A DNA stretch of 64,000 bases, taken from the NCBI GenBank assembly GCA_050174575.1, contig JBFXJT010000007.1, positions 6,648 to 70,647 of the forward strand, in the 5' to 3' direction. The stretch is from Bacilli bacterium (GTDB taxonomy: Bacteria > Bacillota_I > Bacilli_A > ML615J-28 > CAG-698). Below the pieces are notes generated by a model. The model saw nothing but the letters and a program-made list of their open reading frames with translations, had not been told where the DNA came from and made no database searches. The translations under genes were made by a program, and so were the position numbers. Numbering within the stretch: the stretch's first letter is position 1; each line of letters starts with the position of its first letter. This document shows, in pieces, positions 1-9,837 of the stretch.

Positions 1-1048
1 TTTGAAAATCAAAAACATCAATACCAAGACTAATAGAAATGGTAAACGGTAATTGATTTGCTTTATTAAAATTATCAATGTTGGTTAATAGTCTATTTTG
101 AAAAATCGATATATCTTCCTTCAAAGATAAATCAAAAAAGACAGCAAACTCATCTCCCCCAATCCTTGCCAATAAATCATTTCTACGGAAACTTTGTCGT
201 AAAATATTCCCCATTTCCCGTAAAATAAAATCCCCCATTAAGTGACCATATTTATCATTTATTTGTTTAAAATTATCCAAATCAAACATCAATCCAGCAA
301 GTTTTCGATGACGGTAGTTATTTTTATTTATCGAAGATAAATAGTTCTCGAATTCACGTTTATTGTATAAACCTGTTAGATAATCAGTGATAACACTCTC
401 TGATTGAACAAACAAAAAGACCATTAAAATTGATAAAGCAATTGTTTGCCAAGTTAATAATACCCCATAAACAAGGATTTGGAGCACCCCTCCAATAATT
501 GGTGGAATACTAAATAAAAGCATGGGGATAAAATTTGATTTGCGAATTTGTTTTCGTTTTGCCAATGTGACAATCAAACTAATTATTAAATAAAAATACG
601 AAATAAAGGCATATATGATGAAAAATTTCCCTCGATGGTAAACATTATTGCTATCAATATAAAAAATCGAATTTCCAAACAAACTATAGAATGATAAAAT
701 CATATTGATAAATAAGGGTATAAAATAAATTAGATGTCTCTTTTTAAATTTAATTGGTTTCTTATTGATAAAAACATTAACAAAATGGAACCATAACAAT
801 CCGATTGTTGGAGCAACTGAAAAACTTATGATTTGAAAACTATAATTTAAAATAAAAAATAAGAGCCCCGGTTGTCCATCAAGCAAATAATTGCTTGCAT
901 CTAAAATCATTAAAAAGATGTCAATGAGAATAATTGATTTTAAGATTTTATTTACTGTTTGATAAGATTCTTTATGATGATTTAAGCTAATAAGGACGAT
1001 GATCATAATGATAATGCTATAAATGTTTGCTTGCAGTGAATAAATCAT
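1..1048 (-). CDS. Membrane-anchored diguanylate cyclase (GGDEF), 3' end outside window
   Basis: Reverse-strand ORF starts at ATG (complement of 1046-1048) with RBS AAAGGAGTGA upstream. The N-terminal ~200 aa are hydrophobic; the GGDEF-domain motifs YNKREFENYL and RIGGDEF are readable in the translation. The ORF runs off the window start. Confidence 0.8.
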   Translation of the reverse strand, partial: MIYSLQANIYSIIIMIIVLISLNHHKESYQTVNKILKSIILIDIFLMILDASNYLLDGQPGLLFFILNYSFQIISFSVAPTIGLLWFHFVNVFINKKPIKFKKRHLIYFIPLFINMILSFYSLFGNSIFYIDSNNVYHRGKFFIIYAFISYFYLIISLIVTLAKRKQIRKSNFIPMLLFSIPPIIGGVLQILVYGVLLTWQTIALSILMVFLFVQSESVITDYLTGLYNKREFENYLSSINKNNYRHRKLAGLMFDLDNFKQINDKYGHLMGDFILREMGNILRQSFRRNDLLARIGGDEFAVFFDLSLKEDISIFQNRLLTNIDNFNKANQLPFTISISLGIDVFDFQ

Positions 1049-1125
1049 TTAATCACTCCTTTCTAACTAAGTTATGTTTATTATAACACAATTTTATTAA
1101 ATGTTATAAATATTTAAAAGACAAA

Positions 1126-3408
1126 TCAAAGTAAATCCGCAATTACCCATAAAAATTTTGCTGTAGTATGGCCCCATACTTCTTTATAAACAGCATTATT
1201 TACCACTGGCCAAAATGGCATATCAAAAGATCCTTTTGTTTCAATCCCCACAGGCAATGAACCAATGAGTTGTTGTGAAAAAGCGACGTACAACGGATGA
1301 TAATTATGTCCTTCCCCATATTGAGTCGATGAAGCAAACGGATTTTTCCCTAAAATCCATTCGATTTGGTTAAAGGCGACTTGTTTTAAAATGGGGTCTT
1401 TAAAAAACGATCCAATGGAACTTGCTGCTTTTGCTTTACTTAATAGCGTTGCATGAAAACCGCGTCTTTGGATAGCAATTGGAAATCTTCTTAAAAAGAC
1501 ATTTTTATCAAGACTAATTCCTTCTTTAATCTGTTCATCTAATTGGTTTTTGTAAAAATCAAGAGGCTCACGGCTTGGGATTGTAAAACGGTCCAAATTG
1601 ATTTTATCTGTTTCATAAATATGGGCGGGTAACAGCCCATAAGGAGCTATAACATCTTTTGTTTGCATGATGTATTCTTGATACAATGTCAATGCTTGTT
1701 TCCATTTTTCATAGTTTGGATGGTTTGGAGCAACTTCCATCAGCTTGACAATTCCTGTAATTGGTGATTGTTCATGTCCACGATGTTCATAAGTTAAATA
1801 TGTCTTATGGCTTGGATCTTCATAGAAAAAACCTCTAATGGGCTTTTCCCAAGTCGGATAACTGATTTGTTGACATGCCATTACTTCATCAGCATATTGG
1901 ATGGAAGTTTCCAGATATTGTTCTTCTTTGGTAATTTCATATAATTGACTGGCAGCTAAAACAAGCGCCCCGCTAACTTGCGCAATTGGTCCCTTCCCCC
2001 ATCGCTTTGTATAAAGACCTTGTTTTAAACCTTCTAGACCAAAAGTAAAATCAGCTTTCGCAATTCTTAAACAATAATGTGCAAAAATATCATCGTTGTT
2101 TTGAAAAGCTTTGGCACAAGCAGATAATGCCATTGAAGCTAGAAAATTTTCAAATGGACCGTTTTCTGCAATATTTTTGATTGATGACGCAGAATCTAAT
2201 TTCAATAAATCACTTGATTTCATTTGATTACTTGTCCAAATGGAATACAGCACGGCTAAAGCTCGGTAACCATCACCAAAATGTGTTTTAAGTAGCCACT
2301 GTGCTCCCCATTTAGCTTCATCTAAAAGTCTCTTTGCAAGTTCATCATCATAATTCACAACCTTCTCATAACAGTCAATAAGTGAATGGCATATTTCAGC
2401 TGTACAGATGGCAAATTGAGATACATCTCCTGCATCATGCCAACCTCCGTGATCACTTACAAGTCGACCATCAATTGGATGGATTGTATGATGAACTAAG
2501 TGGCAGGGGCTATGAACGCCTAATACTTCGCAACCACAACGTAAGCTATGCAAAAAATCAACACTTTTAGAAATGACGTTTCGATAAGGAAAAGAAGAAA
2601 TCTCAAAGAGAGGTGTTTTCTGTTTGCCAATTTGTAATCGAAAAAGACCTGATTGTGTCCATTTAGAAAAATCCATTTCCCAAAATTCACCGTAATCATT
2701 GGTGATTTGGTGCAGTTTATCTTGAAAAACAAACTCATTTTGTTCGTTTAATAGTGAAAAATGGTCTTGATCGGTATTGCCTATAAGCGCCTTTTTTTCC
2801 GAATCAGTAAAATAACCACTATGGCAATAGGCGATTCTATCCTTTAAATGCCAACCAAAATCATCATCAGGTTCGACTTCTTCTAAAACAAGATTACTAA
2901 AATAAAATAAAACTTCCGGAATTGCTTCAGGTGGACATCCCATCAGCAGGGGTCCCATGCTAACTCTAATGATATCTTCGCGATTAAAGTTAGGCATCTC
3001 AAAAAAAACATGATTCCAAACATTAGGAATTAAGCTTGGCGCATGAACAATATTTTGATTAGCAGCATTTGTAATTGATGCATGAAAATAAAAATTTATA
3101 AATCCTTCGGCCCTCGGAAATACCCAAACCGACAAACGGTTAAATTCCTGCCAGTTTTCATGATTAATCGCTATCGAAAAACTACAAGAAGGGCGAGGAC
3201 GAATATCTTGAATATCTGTATTTGCTTTAATTAGCAAACTTGTTGACCCTTGATTTTCTTGGACAATTTCTTTTGAATAATTAATTTCTCCACTACCATT
3301 AAAAGAGGCATGTCGCATCGTATCACAATCATAGATGACTTTTGATTTAATGACCTTTTTTTGTTCCCAGCGCCAAGTAGCACTGTTTTTGTCTACACGA
3401 TTATTCAT
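1126..3408 (-). CDS. GH9-family glycoside hydrolase, cytoplasmic (no signal peptide), with a ~300-aa N-terminal domain
   Basis: Carries GH9 signature 1 (HGGWHDAGDVSQF; consensus GGWYDAGD) and a signature-2-like FKDPILKQVAFNQIEWILGKNP (D-x-Y/F-x3-E-x5-NP). 760 aa with no signal peptide. Has its own promoter region downstream of the amylase terminator. Confidence 0.7.
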   Translation of the reverse strand: MNNRVDKNSATWRWEQKKVIKSKVIYDCDTMRHASFNGSGEINYSKEIVQENQGSTSLLIKANTDIQDIRPRPSCSFSIAINHENWQEFNRLSVWVFPRAEGFINFYFHASITNAANQNIVHAPSLIPNVWNHVFFEMPNFNREDIIRVSMGPLLMGCPPEAIPEVLFYFSNLVLEEVEPDDDFGWHLKDRIAYCHSGYFTDSEKKALIGNTDQDHFSLLNEQNEFVFQDKLHQITNDYGEFWEMDFSKWTQSGLFRLQIGKQKTPLFEISSFPYRNVISKSVDFLHSLRCGCEVLGVHSPCHLVHHTIHPIDGRLVSDHGGWHDAGDVSQFAICTAEICHSLIDCYEKVVNYDDELAKRLLDEAKWGAQWLLKTHFGDGYRALAVLYSIWTSNQMKSSDLLKLDSASSIKNIAENGPFENFLASMALSACAKAFQNNDDIFAHYCLRIAKADFTFGLEGLKQGLYTKRWGKGPIAQVSGALVLAASQLYEITKEEQYLETSIQYADEVMACQQISYPTWEKPIRGFFYEDPSHKTYLTYEHRGHEQSPITGIVKLMEVAPNHPNYEKWKQALTLYQEYIMQTKDVIAPYGLLPAHIYETDKINLDRFTIPSREPLDFYKNQLDEQIKEGISLDKNVFLRRFPIAIQRRGFHATLLSKAKAASSIGSFFKDPILKQVAFNQIEWILGKNPFASSTQYGEGHNYHPLYVAFSQQLIGSLPVGIETKGSFDMPFWPVVNNAVYKEVWGHTTAKFLWVIADLL

Positions 3409-3588
3409 ATTTCTTCTTCTTTCCTTTGATAATCTAATTATACATAAACTTTTAATTTAAATAAATGATTTCTTTTATGTAATGATGAATCTTGCTTTGT
3501 TTGACTATATTTCGTCTATAATTTGGTCTGTAATCGCTTTTGGATAATCATCTAATAAGAATAAGTAAAATTAAATAAGTTATCTTAA

Positions 3589-3620
3589 AAGAAAAAACGA
3601 ATCAACAGCATTGATTCGTT
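3589..3620 (-). terminator. Rho-independent terminator after the GH13 gene
   Basis: Minus-strand RNA AACGAAUCAA-ugcug-UUGAUUCGUU followed by UUUUUU, starting immediately after the stop codon at 3621. Confidence 0.75.
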
Positions 3621-5477
3621 TTACTTCAATTTAATTATTTTTGCCGATTTTCTAGGAACATTGATTTTTTTTACAATCCAAATGTCATCAATCAAATCAA
3701 AACCTTCATTCAATTGATATTGAATTTCATGATTATTGTTGTTAATTATCGTTAATATTTTATCATTTCCCTTGCTTCTTGAGAAAGCAAAGATGTTGTT
3801 GGCTGTCGATTCTTCACAGTAATTACCATCAACAAAAATGGGATCTTTTCTAATAGCACCTAGTTTTTGATACCAACTTAAGATCTCTTGATTAATATTA
3901 TCCCAGTTGATTGTTTTACGGCAGAAAGGATCTCTGAACCCTTCAAGACCTGTTTCATCGCCATAAAAAATGGAAGGAACACCAGGGAGAGTAAACTGGA
4001 TGGCTGTTGCCATTTTCAATTTCATGATGGCATTGGAATAATCATTTTGATTCATATAATAATAGGCTTGCTCTTCTTTTGATAAATGGTCACCGTTTAC
4101 AAAAGCAAAATTAGTTAATAAACGAACTGTATCATGGGTTCCCAAATGGTTCATTAAACAATCCACTACTTGCTTAGGATAATTATTGATAAGATGACGT
4201 ATTTGAATAACCAACCCTGTTAAATTGTCATGGTTTAAAAAGTCGATAATTGCATTTTTTAAGGGGTAATTCATGACACTATCCATTTGTCTTCCCAATA
4301 AATATTTTCTTCTTTGGTCATAAGCCAATTTTGTGGATGCATCCTCCCAAACTTCACCGATTACAATGTTTTCAGGATTGTTTTTTTTCACTGAATTATA
4401 AATTTTCTCTAAGAAAGCATTATTTAGTTCATCAACAACATCTAGTCGAACACCTTTTGCTCCTTTCGTTAACCATTTATCTAAAACACCATATTTCCCA
4501 GTAATAAATTGTTGAAAATTGGGATCTTCTTGATTAACAGCTGGAAGTGTCTTAAAGCCCCACCAACAAATATATTGGTTTGGCCAATTAGTAAATTTAT
4601 ACCAACTGTAATATTTTGATGAACGTGACTGATAAGCACCAAGTTCTTGGTAATGGTTGTATTTGTTAAAATAAAGACTATCATCACCTGTATGATTAAA
4701 AACACCATCAAAAATAACTGAGATACCTTTTTCTTGGGCTTTTTGACACAATAATTGAAAGTCTTCTTCTGTTCCAAACATGGAATCAATCTTTCGGTAA
4801 TCACTTGTATCATACTTATGATTTGAAAAAGCTTCAAAAATCGGATTAAGATAAATAATGCCAACATTTAGTGATTCTAAATAGTCTAATTTGTCAATAA
4901 TACCTTGTAAATTACCACCAAAAAAATCATTATTTAAAACTGATCCATTAACAGGTTGATAATTGGGAACATCAAGCCAATTTTCATGCAATAGGGTACC
5001 AGTTTTGGGTGTCGTTTGTCCATGTTTATAAAAGCGGTCCACCATTATTTGGTACATTATTTTCCCTTTAAACCAGTTAAGATTACCAATTAGTTCTTGA
5101 TAAACTAACAATTGCCAAGATGTTGGATAATAATCCGTTAAAACACCATCCAAATCCCGATTTGAACCAATAAAATGTGTTCCATATGTGTCACTAAATT
5201 GAAAATAATACCAGTATAAACCAACTTGTGGCAACGAAAAAGAAACCGAATAAGCTTGATAGTTATTTTCGATTTGTTTTTTGACCAATCCTAATCGTTT
5301 TATTTCTTGATTCTTATCATCTTTGATAACCAAATCTAAATGGAACAGTTGATAGGCTTCTACGATATAAATAGTGATAATTACATTATCACTGATAATT
5401 ACATTATCACTATTTTTGATTGCCCCTTGAGGTGATTTAAAATGTTCAAAGAAAGGGTTGAATAAAATATTTTTCAT
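3621..5477 (-). CDS. GH13 neopullulanase / cyclomaltodextrinase-type alpha-amylase (intracellular)
   Basis: The four GH13 conserved regions are present: FNHTGDDS (I), GVRLDVVDE (II), IGEVWED (III), MNHLGTHDTVR (IV). N-terminal neopullulanase-type N-domain and no signal peptide. Overlaps malP by 4 nt. Confidence 0.85.
   Translation of the reverse strand: MKNILFNPFFEHFKSPQGAIKNSDNVIISDNVIITIYIVEAYQLFHLDLVIKDDKNQEIKRLGLVKKQIENNYQAYSVSFSLPQVGLYWYYFQFSDTYGTHFIGSNRDLDGVLTDYYPTSWQLLVYQELIGNLNWFKGKIMYQIMVDRFYKHGQTTPKTGTLLHENWLDVPNYQPVNGSVLNNDFFGGNLQGIIDKLDYLESLNVGIIYLNPIFEAFSNHKYDTSDYRKIDSMFGTEEDFQLLCQKAQEKGISVIFDGVFNHTGDDSLYFNKYNHYQELGAYQSRSSKYYSWYKFTNWPNQYICWWGFKTLPAVNQEDPNFQQFITGKYGVLDKWLTKGAKGVRLDVVDELNNAFLEKIYNSVKKNNPENIVIGEVWEDASTKLAYDQRRKYLLGRQMDSVMNYPLKNAIIDFLNHDNLTGLVIQIRHLINNYPKQVVDCLMNHLGTHDTVRLLTNFAFVNGDHLSKEEQAYYYMNQNDYSNAIMKLKMATAIQFTLPGVPSIFYGDETGLEGFRDPFCRKTINWDNINQEILSWYQKLGAIRKDPIFVDGNYCEESTANNIFAFSRSKGNDKILTIINNNNHEIQYQLNEGFDLIDDIWIVKKINVPRKSAKIIKLK
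5376..5411 (-). repeat. Perfect 18-bp tandem duplication inside the GH13 CDS (in frame)
   Basis: The unit gataattacattatcact occurs twice back to back, encoding SDNVII-SDNVII near the N-terminus. Confidence 0.9.
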
Positions 5478-7885
5478 TTTTTAAAAGACCTTAAATGCCA
5501 AATATTTTTTACATATTCATCAATACTTCGATCCGCAGAAAAGATACCTGCATTTGCAATATTGACCAAAGCCATTTGTTGCCATAATCGACGGTTTTTA
5601 TAGACTTGATCTAAATAATGATATTCCTTCATGTAGGAGTCAAAATCTGCTAAACACATATAAGGATCGGAAACAGGGAAATTATTTAATAAATAACGAG
5701 TAATGTTGTCAAAAGTCTTTCCATTGAAGCCACGGTTAAGTCGATTGATGACTTTTTTTATTAATGGATTGTTTTCATAATACATTGAGGGATTATATCC
5801 TTTTTTCCAAAGATTATTAACTTCTTCGGCGCTCATCCCAAATAAGAAAATATTATCTTTACCAACTGCTTCCGTAATTTCTACATTGGCTCCATCAAAA
5901 GTACCGAATGTTAAAGCACCATTAATCATGAATTTCATATTTCCCGTTCCACTAGCTTCTTTGCCAGCTAACGATATTTGTTCACTAATATCGCTAGCAG
6001 GTATAATTTTTTCAGCCATGGTAACATTGTAATTTTCAACAAAAACAACATTTAACTTCTCACGAATCAGTTGATTTTTATTAATGTCTTGAGAAATTGC
6101 ACAGATTAACTCGATAATTTCTTTCGCAACAAAATATCCCGGTGCAGCTTTTGCACCAAAAATATAAGTTTGTGGAGTAACATCTGCGTGAGGGTTTTCT
6201 TCTAATTCGATTAATAAAGCAACAATTTTAAGTGCATTTAACAATTGTCTTTTATATTCATGGAGACGTTTTATTTGCACATCAAATCTTGTTTTCGGAT
6301 TGATATTGATGCCTGTTTGTTTAAACAAATATTTCGCAAATTCAACTTTATTGTAGTTTTTTATCAATTCAAGTTGTTTTAATGTCTCATCATCTTCTTT
6401 AAAAGTTAATAACTGACGAAGTTCACTTGCATCGGTTAAATAGCCTTTTCCGATTGTTCGGTCCAACAATTCAACAAGTTTTGGGTTTGCTTGATAAAGC
6501 CAGCGGCGGTAAGCAATTCCATTGGTCACATTGGTAAATTTTTCTGGCCAAATTTGTGCAAAACCTTTAAATAAGTCATTTTTAATAATATCACTGTGTA
6601 ATTTGGAAACACCGTTAACTTTATGAGAAGCAATGACTGATAAATTAGCCATTCTTATTTGGCCTTGATGGATAATTGCTAAGTTGGCGATTTGTTGTTC
6701 GGACAATTGCCACTTTTCGCATGTCTTCACAAAAAGATTATTTATTTGCTTTAAGATAATATAAATCCTTGGCAATAATTTTTGAATTAATTCTTCGGAC
6801 CATTTTTCTAGTGCTTCTGCCATGACGGTATGATTGGTATAGCTGATGGTTGTTTGCACGATTCCCCAACTTTCTTCAAAACTTAAATCATATTCATCAA
6901 TTAAAATACGCATTAATTCCGGAATACATAAAGCTGGATGAGTATCGTTGATGTGAATAGCCACATACTTAGGAAGACTATGGATATCGCCATAATAACG
7001 AAGATGATCGGCAATAATGTTTTGCATTGAAGCACTTACTAAAAAATACTGTTGTTTTACACGGAGAGCTTTACCTTCATAATGATCATCCGAAGGATAA
7101 AGTACTTTAGATATTAAATCAGCTTCATTGTATTCTTTCATGGCTTCCATATAATCGCCTTGGGAAAACAATTTTAAATTGAAATCTTGAATATTTCGAC
7201 TACGCCATAATCGAAGGACACTGATGGCTTCACTATTAGCACCCGAAACCATCATATCGTAAGGAACAGCTTCAATCGCTTTATAGTTTAGGTAATCATA
7301 TATGATTTTATCGCCAACATGTTTTTCGATTACTTCACCATTAAACTTAACTTGGTAAACTTTGTCTCCGCGAAGCGTTAACCAAACTTCACCACCTGGT
7401 AACCAAACATCCGGTAATTCTGTTTGCCAACCATTGACTATTTTTTGTTTAAACAAACCATATTCATAACGGATGGAAAACCCCATGGCTGGATAGGCTT
7501 GTGAAGCTAAAGCGTCTAAGTAACAAGCGCCTAATCGCCCTAATCCACCATTGCCTAAACCGGCATCCGGTTCATGCTCATATAAATCTTCCAAAGTAAA
7601 CCCAATGCTCTCAAGGATGCTAGAAAACTCGTTAACTAATCCAAGATTATATAAATTATTTTTAAAAGAACGACCCATGAGAAATTCCATGCATAGATAA
7701 TAAACACGTTTCCCTTGGTTTTCTTTTACAATATTATTATAAACCTTGCGTTTTTTGCGAAGAATATCATTGATAGTTACCGCTGAAGCTTTATATAATT
7801 GTTCAATATTGGCATCAGCAAGGGCAACTCCGTACATTTTGGATAAATTGTCTTCAATGATATCTCTTAATTCCATTTTATTCAT
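5474..7885 (-). CDS. glgP: Alpha-glucan (maltodextrin/glycogen) phosphorylase
   Basis: 803 aa. The pyridoxal-phosphate lysine motif EASGTGNMKFMINGALTFGTFDGANVEI is present, with GT35-like sequence throughout. Confidence 0.92.
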   Translation of the reverse strand: MNKMELRDIIEDNLSKMYGVALADANIEQLYKASAVTINDILRKKRKVYNNIVKENQGKRVYYLCMEFLMGRSFKNNLYNLGLVNEFSSILESIGFTLEDLYEHEPDAGLGNGGLGRLGACYLDALASQAYPAMGFSIRYEYGLFKQKIVNGWQTELPDVWLPGGEVWLTLRGDKVYQVKFNGEVIEKHVGDKIIYDYLNYKAIEAVPYDMMVSGANSEAISVLRLWRSRNIQDFNLKLFSQGDYMEAMKEYNEADLISKVLYPSDDHYEGKALRVKQQYFLVSASMQNIIADHLRYYGDIHSLPKYVAIHINDTHPALCIPELMRILIDEYDLSFEESWGIVQTTISYTNHTVMAEALEKWSEELIQKLLPRIYIILKQINNLFVKTCEKWQLSEQQIANLAIIHQGQIRMANLSVIASHKVNGVSKLHSDIIKNDLFKGFAQIWPEKFTNVTNGIAYRRWLYQANPKLVELLDRTIGKGYLTDASELRQLLTFKEDDETLKQLELIKNYNKVEFAKYLFKQTGININPKTRFDVQIKRLHEYKRQLLNALKIVALLIELEENPHADVTPQTYIFGAKAAPGYFVAKEIIELICAISQDINKNQLIREKLNVVFVENYNVTMAEKIIPASDISEQISLAGKEASGTGNMKFMINGALTFGTFDGANVEITEAVGKDNIFLFGMSAEEVNNLWKKGYNPSMYYENNPLIKKVINRLNRGFNGKTFDNITRYLLNNFPVSDPYMCLADFDSYMKEYHYLDQVYKNRRLWQQMALVNIANAGIFSADRSIDEYVKNIWHLRSFKK

Positions 7886-7911
7886 ACTAAACTCCTTTGG
7901 AAAAAGTATCC

Positions 7912-9375
7912 TTATCGACGGTATACTTTAACCCAATAATTAATTTTGGTGGCTAATTTTTCTGTTGTGGCCTGTTTTTGCATTCGCCATATCCAATTAC
8001 CACCTAAAAATGAAGGACGATTGATGCGGGCTTCTTCTTTTAATCCTAAATAATCTTGCATCGGAATAATCGCAATATCACATACAGATTTCAGGCATTC
8101 CAATATTGCTGCAAATCCAGCATCTTTTCGATTCTTTATATGCATATAGTCCATTAAATACTGATAATCTTCAGGTTTTAAACTATCAATCCAAGCTTCA
8201 ATCGGTAAATTATCATGTGTTCCTGTATAAACGATTGCATTTTTAGTTAAATTGTGAGGTGAGTACTCACTATCACCATGAGCATCAAAGCCAAATTGGA
8301 AGATTTTCATTCCTGGATATCCACAGTCATGTAGGAGCTGATAAACTTCTTCGGTTAGAAAACCTAAGTCTTCCGCAATGATATGAACTTCCCCTAAAGC
8401 TTCTTTGACTTTAGAAAACAACTTCATACCCGGACCTTTTATCCATTTGCCATTTTCTGCTGTTTTGTCAACAAATGGAACAGAATAATAAGCTTCAAAC
8501 CCACGGAAATGGTCGATTCTAACAACATCAAATAGTTTTAAACTTTCTTTAATCCGTTTGATCCACCATGCAAAACCTTCTTTTTCCATTAAAGCATAAT
8601 TATATAAGGGATTGCCCCATAGTTGACCAGTTGTTGCGAAATGATCTGGTGGAACTCCCGCAACGCTTACGGGATTAAGTTCAGAATCGAGTTGCCAATA
8701 TTCGGGAGTTGCCCAAACATCACTTGAATCATATGCCACATAAATCGGCATGTCACCAATAATTTGGATTCCATTTTCATTGGCATAAATTTTTAAAACT
8801 TGCCATTGTTCAAAAAATTTAAATTGAATAAATTCCCAAAAAGCAATATCATCTTTGTGCTTTGTACAAAATTCATTTAAAGCCTTTTTTTCTCTTGTTT
8901 TCAATTCAACCGGCCAAGAGCTCCAATTACCTTCTGGCGCATTATCTTTGATTGCCATAAACAAAGCATAATCATTAAGCCAATTGGCATTTTCCAAAAT
9001 AAATTGTTGATAATTCTCGTTTTGTACAAAACGTTTAAATGCTTTTTTCAATATTGGGAAGCGATGTTGATATTGAAAGGCAAAATCGACGGCATTTGTT
9101 TGCTTGGATTTTAAAGCTTGTATTTCGCTTTTTTTAAGCAATTGTTCTTTAACCAATATTTCAAGATTAATAAAATAGGGATTTCCAGCAAAAGCGGAAA
9201 AGGTTTGGTATGGAGAATCTCCATATGAAGTTGGACCTAGTGGTAAAACTTGCCAATATTTTTGCCCAGCTTTTTTTAAGAAATCAACATATTGATAAGC
9301 TTCTCTTCCAAATGTTCCAATGCCATAAGCATTGGGTAAAGAAGAGATATGCATTAAAATGCCACTACCTCGCAT
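7912..9375 (-). CDS. malQ: 4-alpha-glucanotransferase (amylomaltase, GH77)
   Basis: N-terminus MRGSGILMHISSLPNAYGIGTFG is the classic MalQ start; 487 aa. RBS AGGAGG upstream. Confidence 0.9.
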   Translation of the reverse strand: MRGSGILMHISSLPNAYGIGTFGREAYQYVDFLKKAGQKYWQVLPLGPTSYGDSPYQTFSAFAGNPYFINLEILVKEQLLKKSEIQALKSKQTNAVDFAFQYQHRFPILKKAFKRFVQNENYQQFILENANWLNDYALFMAIKDNAPEGNWSSWPVELKTREKKALNEFCTKHKDDIAFWEFIQFKFFEQWQVLKIYANENGIQIIGDMPIYVAYDSSDVWATPEYWQLDSELNPVSVAGVPPDHFATTGQLWGNPLYNYALMEKEGFAWWIKRIKESLKLFDVVRIDHFRGFEAYYSVPFVDKTAENGKWIKGPGMKLFSKVKEALGEVHIIAEDLGFLTEEVYQLLHDCGYPGMKIFQFGFDAHGDSEYSPHNLTKNAIVYTGTHDNLPIEAWIDSLKPEDYQYLMDYMHIKNRKDAGFAAILECLKSVCDIAIIPMQDYLGLKEEARINRPSFLGGNWIWRMQKQATTEKLATKINYWVKVYRR

Positions 9376-9524
9376 AATATTTTTCCTCCTGTACTTCTAC
9401 AACGATTGCCTCATATGGTTAAAATGATATATTTTTTTGAAATGGTGAATTTTATCTTTGTTCTATTTTTTTAATTATACTAAATTTTAAAGATTAAAAA
9501 AGACGATTACTCGCCTTTTATTAA

Positions 9525-9776
9525 TTATTGTTTTTTTGTAAGACTTCGAGTGATTCGTAATGCAAATAAAATGATGATGCCAAAGAAACCAATAGCTCCT
9601 GGGATAAGAATAACTTCGAGTCCATCTAAAACAGCCTGTAATCCGAGCAATAAAGATATAAAAGCAAAAATTGCTAGAAAAATACAAAACGCTCCACCAA
9701 TTAAAGCTAGCATATCTATAATAATATTAAACTTACTTTCAAACCAATCCAAAAAACGATTAAATTTATTTTTCAT
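9525..9776 (-). CDS. Small two-TM membrane protein (hypothetical)
   Basis: ORF in the malQ-upstream gap with two hydrophobic helices. The likely start is the second ATG, preceded by AAAGGA. The overlapping ORFs on the other frames lack such features. Confidence 0.4.
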   Translation of the reverse strand: MKNKFNRFLDWFESKFNIIIDMLALIGGAFCIFLAIFAFISLLLGLQAVLDGLEVILIPGAIGFFGIIILFALRITRSLTKKQ

Positions 9777-9837
9777 CTTATGTCCTTTCATGAACTTGAT
9801 TGATTATATCTTTTTTAAAACCTTTTTACAAGTTATT

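Noticed and set aside
2382-2738. Small ORFs (62, 72 aa) inside the GH9 gene on both strands, and similar 60-130-aa ORFs nested in glgP, GH13, kamA, kce, atoD, the GGDEF gene, lacI, the GH32 genes, permeases, buk, the amidohydrolase, M28 and AraC genes
   Set aside because: All lie within long, well-supported CDSs on the opposite strand or in another frame. They have AT-rich low-complexity translations and no RBS, and are typical shadow ORFs of an AT-rich genome.
9376-9524. Possible MalR/LacI or cre operator upstream of malQ (…GCAATCGTTGTAG…)
   Set aside because: It matches the TGnAAnCGnTTnCA pattern at only about half the positions and is not palindromic; not reportable.
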